A DNA stretch of 64,000 nucleotides from the NCBI RefSeq assembly GCF_009914755.1, contig NC_060938.1; one strand, 5' to 3'. This DNA comes from the human T2T-CHM13v2.0 reference genome, Homo sapiens. Position numbers and translations under genes: made by a program. The notes below the pieces were generated by a model. That model was not told the DNA's origin. It did no database searches and saw only the letters and a list, made by a program, of their open reading frames with translations. Below are positions 28,835 through 42,512 of this stretch, in pieces; position 1 is the first letter of the stretch, and every line of letters begins with the position of its first letter.

Positions 28835-29108
28835 ATGTCATAGCATATTGTTAAAAGGTGTGGATTCTGGAACCAGGTATTTTGAGTCTAAAGCCCAGCT
28901 CCTACCACTTACTAGCTGTAGAGCTTTGAACAAGGCACTTAAATTCTCTATGCTTCAATTTCTTTATCTAGGTAATGAGGATGTGATGCTAATAGGGCCT
29001 ACCTCATTCAGTTCTTGTGAGGATTAGATATATTATTTGTGTAAAGTCTGTACTATAGCACCTGGTACATAATAAACATTCAGTCAGTGTTAATGATGCT
29101 ACTATTAC
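28835..29108 (+). mobile_element. MIR SINE
   Basis: CCCAGCTCCTACCACTTACTAGCTGT...CCTACCTCA...GTGAGGATTA...CCTGGTACATAATAAAC. Confidence 0.85.
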
Positions 29109-29829
29109 CTACTGAACTTCAAGAATAAGGCACAGAGAACTGAAGACTTGTTGAAGGCTCTATGGTGATGAGCTGCAAAGTTAAAAGGAACACAGGTTCC
29201 TGTTTGACACTGGTTCTTTTATAACATTCTGCAATAAAACCAAGCTTTGCATTTCTCATGCCTCTGGGAAGGAAGTATAATGTTACACATACTTTATTAT
29301 CAATTACAGGTGGAGAAAACTAGAGAATAAAAAGGGAAATTTACACTCAAGGTGATGTCCTCTCTGGTTTGCCTTTTTGTGGTCACTGAATTGTTCTGAC
29401 TCTGTTGCCATTCCCCTTAATAGCATCCAGGAGTAGAGTCCCTTAGCAACCCTCCAGGCAGTGAAGACCCTTCAGAGGCGCTAGAGTATATGACTAAACT
29501 AATCCCAGAGCCCAGCACTAGGCCTGGCACAGAGTAGACACTCACTGAATAATTATTTTAAATGCATGAATGTCGATTTTGTTCCTGTTGTTTTGACATC
29601 ATCACCTCCCATCTCAAAATCTTCAACAAGACCTCTCTCCTTCCAATTCAAATTACTCTCCTATATTTTAATCTTCTTGATCTAATCCTTCACCATTCTT
29701 TACTTCCATTAATGTGTCTTCTTTGGCTATGCTCTCCCATTTTTATCCCACACATAGTGCTAAATATAGCTCTATAACATTTTTTGTTTACACTCCATTC
29801 TTCCCACTTTCTCTCCATTGGAATGATAG

Positions 29830-30410
29830 TTGTAGTAGACAGTTTCAAGATGTTTCCCAGCCCACATCCTTTTTTCTCTAAAAATTGCTCCCATAGTAGC
29901 TATGTTTGAACTTCATGCCCCTGACTGACCCTTAGCCTTAGCTGATGGGACCAGGACTTGTCACCTGGCCCAAGGTACACCAATCAAATTCTTTGCCTTT
30001 AGAACTGGAATTGGGATTGCGAGTGGCTAAGCAGTTTTTGTTAGTTACATGAGCTAAGGACATGTAACTGCGGGAGCTATAGGGTGGCCCCCCTCTGACA
30101 GGTGCATAAAGAAACAAAGATGACTGCACAGAGAGAAGATAAAAGTGAAAACACAGAAAGAAGAAAAAGAGGAAGAAAAAAAAGACACAAAGAGAATCCA
30201 TGCAGTCTCAGAGGAAAACAGAGATCAACTACCTTAGTTCTTGGTCAGATTTTCCATTTTCTGGTTCTGTCCTTGATGAAGCTCAAGTGCACTTCCTGTC
30301 CTTCTTTTCCATAAACTACCTACATAAACTTGTTACAAATTCCTTATCTTTAAGATAGGTTAAATGGGTTTCTGATACTTGCAACCAAGAATGCTTAATA
30401 AGACTATATT
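29830..30410 (+). mobile_element. Old MLT1-type MaLR LTR
   Basis: TGTAGTAGAC start, CCAATCAAATTC, GGCCCCC, and AATGGGTTTCTGATACTTGCAACCAAGA end. Confidence 0.6.
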
Positions 30411-30415
30411 AAATA

Positions 30416-30720
<305 letters not shown>

Positions 30721-32896
30721 AGACTATGTTAAATAAAGGGATAGTGTAGTTTATCTTATTTAATCTATGACTGAGTTACAAACCACCCCAAAAGTATTTT
30801 GTTTTGCAGTAATAGATAACTGATACAATCATTATCCTCAAAAGCCGCTTAATAACATCTCTAATTGTGAATGAAAATGTATGCTTAGAACTATAGACAT
30901 TTCAACTTAATATCCATACTTTTTATTACAAAAGATGATTGCCAGAAAGATTATAAATTTTAAAATGCCTAGAGGAGAGGGCAAGGGATTTAATTTTTAA
31001 GACTAAAAAAAAAAAAAAAGCTAGCTTGTAGCATCTATTGGTCTAGACGTAGAAGAGGACACATTTAATAAAATGTTCATTTCATAGAGGAAATAAATTG
31101 GGTTCTTTTCTCTCATAAATGAATATTTCTTTAAATGGTAAGTGTTGGAGCTTAGTTAAGATTTCTGACTTTTCTGTTGTGTATTTGTAGCTTGCTTTTG
31201 GTCAACAGCAGATCTTTCTGGCATATTGACGTTAGCCAATCAGAACACAAGAACTGAACACAAGAGGGAAGACCTCTTTGTGTAATTGACCAGTGACTGA
31301 GCAAAGAAAAAGGTTAATAGGAACTTACATTTACCAGGCGGGTGGATGTTTTGTAAATCAACAGTTTTGATTTTGTGGGCCTTAAAGTGTTTAATTCTCC
31401 CATTGCTATGATTCAGCTGCAACCTTGGCTTTAATGCTTTTGAAATAAATGAAAAATGTCATTTTATCTTATTATTTATCTTAAGGGAATAGTTACAACT
31501 TCTGCCTCCTAGCTGGTGCACGTTCCTACCTTAATTGTTGACTGTGGGGGTCAGTTCCATCTGGGCAGAGCTGTGTGTCTACGTGCCCTTGGATTTTTCA
31601 TGTGAACTAGCACGTGGTAATGGAGATTGGGTGGCTCTGCTTCATGTGTTTATTTTGCAGCTAAACACACCTGATTGCTTCACATGTGCAATGATAATGG
31701 CGGCATTTAAAAGAATAATAAAATGGTAAGAATCAAATGAGTGCCCTTATTGCACCCAAGTTAAGGTCAAATGGATACTCACGGGCTAGTTGAAGATGAT
31801 TGAAACATTAGATCAAAATTTTAGAGGCAGCTTCCTGACATAAGCTGATCTTTTAGTATTCTCTCACAATCATGCTACTGTATAGTACTCTATAGTTTAG
31901 AAAGCATTCTCATTTGGATCAATTTCTTATTTCAATTCTGAGATTCTAGTTGTCACAACTAGAACATTTCACAACTAGCAGGAAAGCTACAGATTATGTG
32001 GACTTTACCAGCCAGATTTCCACACCCTCCCTATTGCATAGCTTTGCACTGTCCCTCATTCTGGGATCAGGATTTTACCTCCAAAGTGTGACCACTGGGA
32101 ATTCTGGTTTCCTGCTGTCTTACTTGCTGCTGTATCACTTGCTGTATGTATCACCAGGCCTTCAAAATAATAGATACTAAATAAATATTTATCACATTGG
32201 CTTATTATTACAGGGCTGAACATACGAAGTACAGGAAGCTTTCAACACATATTTACTGATGTGTTATTTAATAGTTCTACATTCTCCCTCACACAATATT
32301 CTTCCTGTAGTTTTATTCAAAAATAATAATACTGTACACATGTTAATACTATGCAGTATGCAAATAACCATCACATGCATTACCTCATTTGATTTTCTGA
32401 AAAATGTTGTGAGATACATAGCCAGGAAGTGTTACCTCACAGGTGGGAAAACTGAGGCAGGCAAAAGGAAATTTAGTAATGTCAAACTGAGGTCTCTGAC
32501 TCCTATACCAGGCCTCTCTCCACTCTATTAGAATCCCGTTCTCAGGCTTCAGGTTAACTTCTTACTTGAGTCCCTGTCTCATTATTAAACAAGTGTAGGG
32601 AGGCCCTCTTTCAGGACCATCTCACTGTTACAAGTTTGTCTCTGTTTGCAATAATTCTGGCCTTTGGCTAAGAGTGTAAAAATGAATCCTTTTATTAAGA
32701 AATCATTTATTACGCAGCTTTTAAAATGAGTATCTTGATTTCAGCCAAGCATTTTATGGTATCTCATGATATGTATGTAGGTAAAATTGTTAGATGATTT
32801 TATTTTTTACTGTTTCAACAACTATTCCCAAATCGCCAGAGAATTCCAATATTGAAGAGAAACAAATCAGATTTTCCCATCATTACCCGAAAGCCC

Positions 32897-32943
32897 AGTA
32901 TAATCTGACTCCTATCTACGAGTATAATCTGACTCCTATCTAC
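32897..32943. repeat. 24-bp tandem duplication
   Basis: AGTATAATCTGACTCCTATCTAC(G) x2. Confidence 0.95.
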
Positions 32944-33616
32944 ATCTTCAACTTTTCTTATATGTCTTTCCTGCTCATTCAGTAAGCTCCAGTAGCATGG
33001 GTTTCTTTCTGTTCCTAATATATGCCAAGCTCATTCCCATCTTAGGGCATTTGTACTTGCTGTGCCTTCTGTATGGAATATCACCGTTCCTTCATATCTT
33101 GCACAGGTGACTCTGTCGTCATTCATTCATCTGCTCAAAGGCCTCCTTTAAGAGTCTTTTCCTGGTCTCTGTGTTAAGTGAAAAAAGTTACCATAGTAGT
33201 ATATATAGTGTGCTGCCATTTCTGTATATTTTCTTAAATATTATTTGCACAATCATATACATACACAGAGGATAATGCTGGAAAAATACACAAGAAACTG
33301 GGAATGGTGGTTTCCACCAGGGAGGAGAATAGTAGGTTTAAGACATTTTTTACCCTTTGGTACTACTGTCATTGCTTACCATCTATATGTACTACTTATT
33401 GAAATAATTAAAAGCTCTTTAGCAGAATGAGAAAAAATTCATTGAATTGACTGAAACTAACAATTTGGAAATAAGATAGAAATAAATATTTAATATTTCA
33501 CTTAGATTCAGTAATTTAGTTGCACAGGTTCTGATAAGGTAGACCCTTCTTAAAAGCAATTCATCTGACAAAAATCCAAGATTTTATTAACTACGAGCTC
33601 AACCATTTTTGTTTTA

Positions 33617-34009
<393 letters not shown>

Positions 34010-34312
34010 TTAGGTCACAAAATAAGTCAACACATTTAAGAAGACTGAAATAATACCAAGTATCTTTTTGGACCACATTGGGATGAAACTAGAAGTCAGT
34101 AGCAGAAGGCAAGTTGGAAAATTCAAATATGTGGAAATTAAACAACATGCTCTGGAACAACCAATTCGGTCAAGAAGAAATAAGGGAAATTAGAAAATAG
34201 TTTGAGACAAACAGAAATGAAAACTATCATACTAAAACTTATTGGATTTAGCAAATGCAGTACTAGGAGGGAAGTTTATAGCAATACATACCTACATTAA
34301 AAAAGAAGGAGG

Positions 34313-34629
<317 letters not shown>

Positions 34630-35173
34630 TCAAATAAGCAACCTGATTCTATACCTCAAGGAATCAGAAAAAGAAAAACATACTAAGCCCAAACTTGGGA
34701 AGAGGAAGAGAATAATTAAGTCAGAACAGAAATAAATGAAATGGAGAATAGGAAAACAACAGAAAAAAAATCAAAACTAAGAATTGGTTTTTTGAAAAGA
34801 ACAAATGAAAAAAGATTCAGATAAAATCAGAAATGGAAGAGGAGACATTGCAACTGGTGCCACAGAAATAAAGAGGATTATAAGGGACAACTATGAACAA
34901 TTATACATCAACAAAGTGGGTAACCTAGAAGAAATAGATACATTTCTAGAAATGTAAACTACCAAGACTGAATCATGAAGAAACAGAAAATCTGAACAGA
35001 CCTGTCACTAGTAAGGAGATAGAATTGGTAATCAAAAAACTCCCAGCAAAGAAAAGTCCAGGATCAGATAGCTCCACACGTGAATTCTTGCAAACATTTA
35101 AAAAATAACTAATGGCAGTTCTTCTCAAACCCTTCCAAAAACAATTGAAGACAAAGGAACATTTGCAAACTCA

Positions 35174-35870
<697 letters not shown>

Positions 35871-35913
35871 TCAACATATGAAAATCAGTCAATGTGATAT
35901 TAATAGAAGGATG

Positions 35914-36005
35914 AAAATCACATGATCATCTTAATAGATACAGAACAAGCATTTGAAAAAATCACATGATCATTTTAATAGATACAGAACAAGCATTTGA
36001 AAAAA
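35914..36005. repeat. 44-bp tandem duplication inside L1 ORF2
   Basis: ATCACATGATCAT(C/T)TTAATAGATACAGAACAAGCATTTGAAAAA x2 (35917, 35961). Confidence 0.95.
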
Positions 36006-38229
36006 TTCAGCACCCTTTCATAGTAAATACACTCAACAAAATAGGAATAAAAGGAAATTCTCTTAACATATTAAAGGCAGCATATGGAAAGTCCACAGCT
36101 AACATAATACTCAATGATGAAAAACTACAAGCTTTTCCTCTAAGGTCATAAACAAGGCAAGGATGCCCACTCTCGCTATTTCTATTTAACATTGTACTGA
36201 AACTCTCAGCCAGAACATTTAGGCAAAAAAAAGATATAAAAGGTCTCTGTTAATAAATTAGCTCTGTTCTCAGGTAACATGATTTTATACATGGCAAACC
36301 CTAAAGACTTCAGAAAATAACTGTTACAACTAATAAATGAATTCAGTAAAGTTGCAAGACACAAAAATCAACATACAAAAATCATTTGCATTTCTCTACA
36401 CTAACAACAAACAATCCAAAAAAGAAAATAGAAAAACAATCCCATTTACAATAGCATCAAAAAGGATAAAATACTTAGGAATGAACCAAGGAAGTAAAAG
36501 ACTTGTACACTAAAAACCACAAAATATTGCTGAAGGGAATTGAAGATACATAAATAAATGGAAAAATATCCGATGTTCATGGATTGGAAGACTTAATATT
36601 GTTAACATGTACATACTAACCAAAGCTACATATTCAATGCAATCCCTATCAAAATCCCAACGGCAATTTTTACAGAAATAGAAAAACTGAATCAAAAATT
36701 GATATAGAACCACAAAGGAGAAGTTAAAACAATCTTGAGAAAGAAAAAGAAACCTGGAGGCCTCACACTTCCTGATTTCAAAACATATTCAAAGCTACAG
36801 TAACCAAAACAATATGATACTGGCATAAAGACAGACATGTAGATCAATGGAACAAAACAGAGAGCCCAGAAATAAACCCATTCATATATGGTCAACTGAT
36901 CTTCCACAAGAGTGCCAAAATTACAAAATGGGGAAAGTATAGTCTCTTCAACAAATGGTATTGGGAAAACTGAAGATCCACATAAAAAAGAATAAAATTG
37001 GACCCCTATTTTATATCATACACAGAAATAAACTCAATAGATTAAAGACTTGAACATAAAACCTAAAATATAAATCTCTGAGAAGAAAACATAGGGGAAA
37101 GTCTTCATGCACTGGTCTTGGCAATGATTCCTTGATATGACACCAAAAGCACAGTCAATAAAAGCAAAAATAGCCAAGTGGGACTGCAGAAAACTACAAA
37201 GCTTCTGTACAACAAAGGAAACCAGCAAGAGAGGGAAAAAGCATACCAAACATAGGTATGGAATGGGAGAAAATATTTGCAAGACATATATCTGATAAGA
37301 GGTTACTACCCAAAATACATAAGAAACTCCTACAACTCAATAGCAAAACAAACAAAAACACAAATGACCCAATGAAAACATGGGCAAAGAACTTAAATAG
37401 ACACTTCATTAAAGAAGATATAGAAATTGCCAACAGATATAGCAAAAGATACCCAGTGTCACTAATCATCAGGAAATGCAAATCAAAATCACAATGAAAT
37501 ATCATCTCATATCTATTAGGATGGCCACTATAACAAAACAAAGCAGAAAATAACAAGCGTTGGCAAGCATGTGGAGAAATTTGAATCTTTGTGTATTGTA
37601 GATGGGAATGTAAAATGGTGTAGCTGCTATGGATAACAGTATAGGGGTTCCTAAAAAAATTAAAAATAGAGCTAACGTATCATCCAGCAATTCTAATTCA
37701 ATGTATTTATCCAAAACTATTAAAATCGGGAACTCAAAGAGATGTTTGTACTCTCATGTTCATTGCAGCATTATTTACAGGAGCCAATCTAAATGTCTAT
37801 TAACAGATTAATGGATAAGGAAAATGTATATGCTTACAATGAAATATTATTCAGCCATTAAAAGAAGGAAATCCTGTCATATGCTATCATATGGGTAAAT
37901 CTGGAGGCCATTATGCTATGTAAAATAAACTAGTCATGGAAGGACAAATGACTACATGATTTACTTATACGAAGTATCTCAAAAAATCAAACTCGTCAAA
38001 GCAGAAAGTAGTATGGTGGGTGCCAGGGGCAAGGGGAAGGAGAAATGGTGAGCTGCTGTTCAATGGGTATAAAGATTCAGTCACGTAAGATGAAAAGGTT
38101 CTAGAGATGTGCTGTAGAACAATGTTCTTATAATTAACAAGCTGTACTGTGCACTTAATAATCTGTTAAGGGGGTAGGTCTCATGTTATGTGGGTTTTTT
38201 TCCCACAATAGGAAAAAGTCAATGTATCT

Positions 38230-38870
38230 TACAATAGCAAATCATGAAAATGCAAATAAAAAATTATCACCCATTAAATTAGTAAGGATTTTAAAATGCT
38301 GGTGGGAGTTTCCTGAGGCAGCCTCTCACATACTGCTAGTTACAGTATAAACTGGCAGTCACAACCTTCTGAAAAATGGTTTGGAAATATGCATGAAAGG
38401 GTCTTAAAAATATTTGTACCCTTTAATATAATAATTTTACCTATAGAAATATGTCTTCATGAAGTAATAACAAATATAAACATGTTTATTATTTATAAGA
38501 GCAAAAATTAGAAACCACCTACATATTCCATAGGAGGGGAATGGTTAATAAATGTTGATACTTATAATGAAACAACAAAAATATTTTTGAAGTTTTAGTT
38601 ACAAGAGAAAACTTCTGACAATACAATATTAAATTAAAAAGGCAGGATACACTTTAGAGAGGGTGATTACACATATGTCAAAAAATTAAAAATAAAAAAT
38701 GAAGGAAATACACAAAAATGATAAATAGGGTTTTTTCTGGGTAATGAGATTATAGGTGATTTAAGACAATTTTTAAATCCTTTTTTTCGTATTTCTAAAA
38801 CTTTTGACAAAGAGCTTATATTATTCTCAATCAGAAAACTACAAGAAGATAACAGCTTAAAAATGAAATG
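38230..38870 (+). mobile_element. Very old L1M 3' fragment
   Basis: AT-rich L1-type text (GCCTCTCACATACTGCTAG..GTATAAACTGG..TTGGAAATATG). Confidence 0.55.
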
Positions 38871-39699
38871 TAATCTAAAGTTGCATGAAAAAATATACTG
38901 TATCTTGCTCGGTTTGTCCAAACATATTCTTGAAAGTGTCTACTTGCTCTTTAGTCTTTCCAAACATTAACATGTAAGGTAGAATGTAGAATGACCAAAA
39001 ATTAGATGCTTCATTCTAGAAATACTGAAAGGTATTTGACTGACTTTAGGTATGTTTAAAACAAACATACACTTTTTCACTAAATCTTTTGATTTTAACA
39101 AAACAGGAAGACACAATTGGGGAAAAGTCAAGATAAAGCCTTACATTATTTATTTGTATAGTAAGCATATGGCCTCTGGTAGCCCAAGAAATAGCACAGA
39201 CTCCCTCTGGGATGATGTGGGCGGGTCATCCTCTTCAAGAGAGTGGTCTGGGGTGAGGGACATAAATGGAATGGCAAGCAGAGAGAGCAGGGAAGGGTCT
39301 GCCCTGGCAATCAAGTCAGCCAAGCCCACCCTGGCTCTTAGTGGGTTGGCAGATGGCACAGCCAGATTGTCCCACCAGCCTGGAGCAACTCACTAAAACA
39401 ATTACATTCAAGAGAGGATAAATCCATGCTACAATCAGATTCTTAATATTAACTGGGGATGATGGGGTCATGTCCTAATTGGTTTAAGTTGTGAGCAAAT
39501 AACTCTGATAAGAGATGCACAGAGAAAGTCACACGCTGGCTTCTTTAGGAACACAAGCCATCAACGCTCTGAGAAAATCAAGTTAACTCCCCTCACCACT
39601 CTGCCATCCCCCCAGCCCTACCATTTGATACCATTTGAGAAGTGTTTTTACCTTTACTCATGTCTGTTTCCTTGAAATCAGAGAAAGCAACTGTGGGGA

Positions 39700-40020
39700 C
39701 CTTGGGTACATAGAGTCTAGAAAAACAGACATAGTTTTGATGGGCTCATGCTGTGTTTCAAGAAAATTGAAAGTGTGAATGAGTTGCCAACAGTTAAAAA
39801 TTGAGAGGTTTGGTGTAATCAGGATTTGAGGCTTTTAGAAAAATTAAATCTAGCAAGAGTGAACTGTCATTGTCACATGGCAACAATCAGCTAGAGATGA
39901 GTGACAGATAAGCCCTGTAGACGGCACAGACCCTACCAATGTGCCACAGTCCTCACTCAGCCCATTTGCTCATTTGGATTTCCATGCCTGGTCCCTGTAT
40001 GTATTCTTGACTGTGATCAA
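39700..40020 (+). mobile_element. MER102-like hAT-Charlie element
   Basis: CACATGGCAACAATCAGCTAGAG..TGTGCCACAGTCCTCAC..GCCTGGTCCCTGTA matches remembered MER102. Confidence 0.65.
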
Positions 40021-42347
40021 TAGAATTGCTCTTACCAGTCAGAAGCTTTCAGGGCTCAGAGTGATTCACAGAGCTGATCTAGCCTTGAGCTGCCTAGGAT
40101 AAAAAGCCTCCATTGACACAAAAACTCATTCACAACAACACTTCCTGTAAGTCAGTCTGATAAAGACAGACCTGATTAAGTACTATAAACATTCTCAAAG
40201 ACATGTTGGGAGAGTAGAGAGACATGTCCCTCTGGAAGTCAGGGGTGCCACAGGCAGATAGCTAGACGGGGGGGCCTTGGAAGATTGGGATATCCTATGG
40301 GAAACTCTCAGCCTAGTGCTGGGAACTTAGTAGGAGGTTAATACATATTTCTTTCTATCTTCCTAAGAGCAGATGCGAAGCACAGCAAGGAGGAAATGCA
40401 GCCAGAACAGTATAATGCAATGCAACGCACACAGGCACAGCAGGCCAAGAGAGAAGGAAGGAGGTAATGGTAGCCTAGAGAGCAGGAGCAGCAACAGAGG
40501 AGGCCTAGAGAAGCTAGGGTGACAGAGGCAGGCATCATCGTAATCGTGACGGCGCAACTGCAGAATGATTCTGACAGATCTTTGATAGTCATACAATCTA
40601 TGTGGTAAGTAGATGCACAGAGTACATGAAGACAACATTAATCCAGCAGAAATTTGAAAGAAATTTACATCAACACTGGGGAGGAGACATGATTTATCCC
40701 TTTAGTGAAGGAGTGCTGGTTAAAACTGTAACAGATTTTTTATTACATATAAAAAATATAGAGAATACGTAATATATGCAGAATAATATTCATTTGAAAT
40801 ACAGAATTTCTATAGTTAGCTGAAATAAGTTAACTGTTTAATAAAGTTTATTTTTGGCTTACCAGTGGTGTGGCTTTAGTTACTTTGGAATAATTTATTT
40901 CTAAAACCTCAATTAAAAAAATCAGTTCCTAACTGAAGTAAAATTATCAGAAACATCATGTCACTACCGTAATAACCTGTCAGAGAATGTTACACAAGGG
41001 GTGCAGCACAGCGGAATGGAAGGTTACAGATGCAATTATTATTTTTTCTAGCCCTTTGCTTCGGGTCATAGCCAACCAGTCACTATACACAGGGTAGCTT
41101 CTGCAGTATTTATTTCTTTAAATATTTAACAGTGTTGAGAGGCAATGACTCACAATAATATGTAGAGTTTCTAGCACATTATGAGTGCTTAATAAATGTT
41201 AGAACAATAAAATCCTGTATGATGAAAAACAGTCAGTAAAACTATACAGTCTACGATATTTTAAAGCCATAGCAATAACTAGTTTAAAAAGAATAGAAAG
41301 CAAACAGTGCATTGATTAAATCACGGTCATAAAGGAACATTTACGTTCACTAAAAAGTCCACCCAGGTAATTTCCCCTTGTATGTATTAGGGGATGGAAA
41401 GAAGGCACAGGAAAAGTGGATAAAGTATGGATTAAAAAACAACTCTTCCCCCATCCCCCCGCCACCCCCCAAAAGCCAGGTGGAGCTCTATTGACCACAA
41501 GCCGGGGTAGCTACATCCAGTGCAACGGTGGGGTGCTCCAAGCGCCTTCGAAACGTTCTCTACGCCAGCACCAACTGGCAAAACCTTCTAATTTTCTAGA
41601 CGCCTTTCTGCTTGGTTTCGGAAGGGAGGCACCCAAGTGGGTGTGTGCGACACCTCTAGTTGTAAGCCGGGACACAGTGACATCGAGAGAGCGCTATTCT
41701 ACTCGGAGAGGAAGTTAATCCCATCGAACTCCAGCCAGGAAAACGTGGGCTTGGGAACCGCGGCCGCTCGTTTCCAGGATCTCCCGCGGGCCTTCGCGGC
41801 TGAAGAACCAGGCGGCGAGGGCTGAGGACCCCGCGCTCTAAGTTTGGGGAAGGAAGTGAGGAAAAAAAACAGAGCTGCTCCTTTAAGAACTTCCTTTCCC
41901 TTTTACTCTATGTTTACATAACACAGGGGCCGAGCCTCCGCCGGGCCGAGGGGGGCGGGGAGTGGGCGCGGACGGCCCCACGCGCCGGGGGAGGGGGCGC
42001 CCCGCGGGCCGGGGGCGGGCGCCTGGCTCTGCGTGGGGCGGGGCGGCTCCCACCTGCCCGCGCGCTGGCCCCCGCCTCCCCCGCGCGGCCCCAGCCTCTC
42101 GTGCGCCCGCTCCCTCCTCCTTCCCTCCCTCCCGCGGGGCTTCGGCGGCGGCGCTCAGCGCAGGCAGGTCCCCCTGCTGCCGGGTCCCATTTGTTGCCGG
42201 CTCTGACTCGGGGCGGCCGCGGCGCGCGGAGCTCCGGGGAGTCAGGCGGAGCAGCCGCGCAGCCACGACGGAGCAGCAGCGGGACTGGCCGCCCCGCGCC
42301 CCCTTCGCCGCCGTGCCCTTCCCCGGCGCGCTCACCCCGTTCTCGGG

Positions 42348-42359
42348 ATGGGATTGTAG
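42348..42359 (+). other. Minimal uORF ATG GGA TTG TAG (M-G-L-*) in PELI2 5' UTR
   Basis: GGG ATG G context (G at -3 and +4). Stop ends 76 nt before the main ATG. Translation is inferred, not shown. Confidence 0.7.
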
Positions 42360-42386
42360 CGGCGGCGCGGACTCGGCGGGGATCGC

Positions 42387-42422
42387 GGCGGAGGCGGCGG
42401 CGTCGGCGGCGGCGTCGGCGGC
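42387..42422 (+). repeat. Interrupted (GGC)n tract, 12 triplets, in PELI2 5' UTR
   Basis: GGC GGA GGC GGC GGC GTC GGC GGC GGC GTC GGC GGC read directly. Confidence 0.9.
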
Positions 42423-42435
42423 CGAGCGGGGCTCC

Positions 42436-42512
42436 ATGTTTTCCCCTGGCCAGGAGGAACACTGCGCCCCCAATAAGGAGCCAGTGAAATACGGGGAGCT
42501 GGTGGTGCTCGG
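42436..42512 (+). CDS. PELI2: Pellino E3 ubiquitin ligase family member 2, coding part of exon 1 (77 nt, 25 codons + 2 nt, phase-2 intron follows)
   Basis: ATG at 42436 translates MFSPGQEEHCAPNKEPVKYGELVVL(G), the recognisable N-terminus of human Pellino-2. It is followed by a consensus donor GG|GTGAGT at 42512/42513 and lies in a CpG island. Confidence 0.97.

Larger units (their letters stand above)
42150..42435 (+). other. PELI2: PELI2 GC-rich 5' UTR (TSS position approximate)
   Basis: GC-rich leader between the GC-box cluster and the ATG. The exact TSS cannot be read from sequence. Confidence 0.65.

Noticed and set aside
35966-37811. Reverse-transcriptase-like and ORF2 C-terminal peptides as an active retroelement
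   Set aside because: Fragmented by stops, frameshifts and nested insertions. This is a fossil L1.
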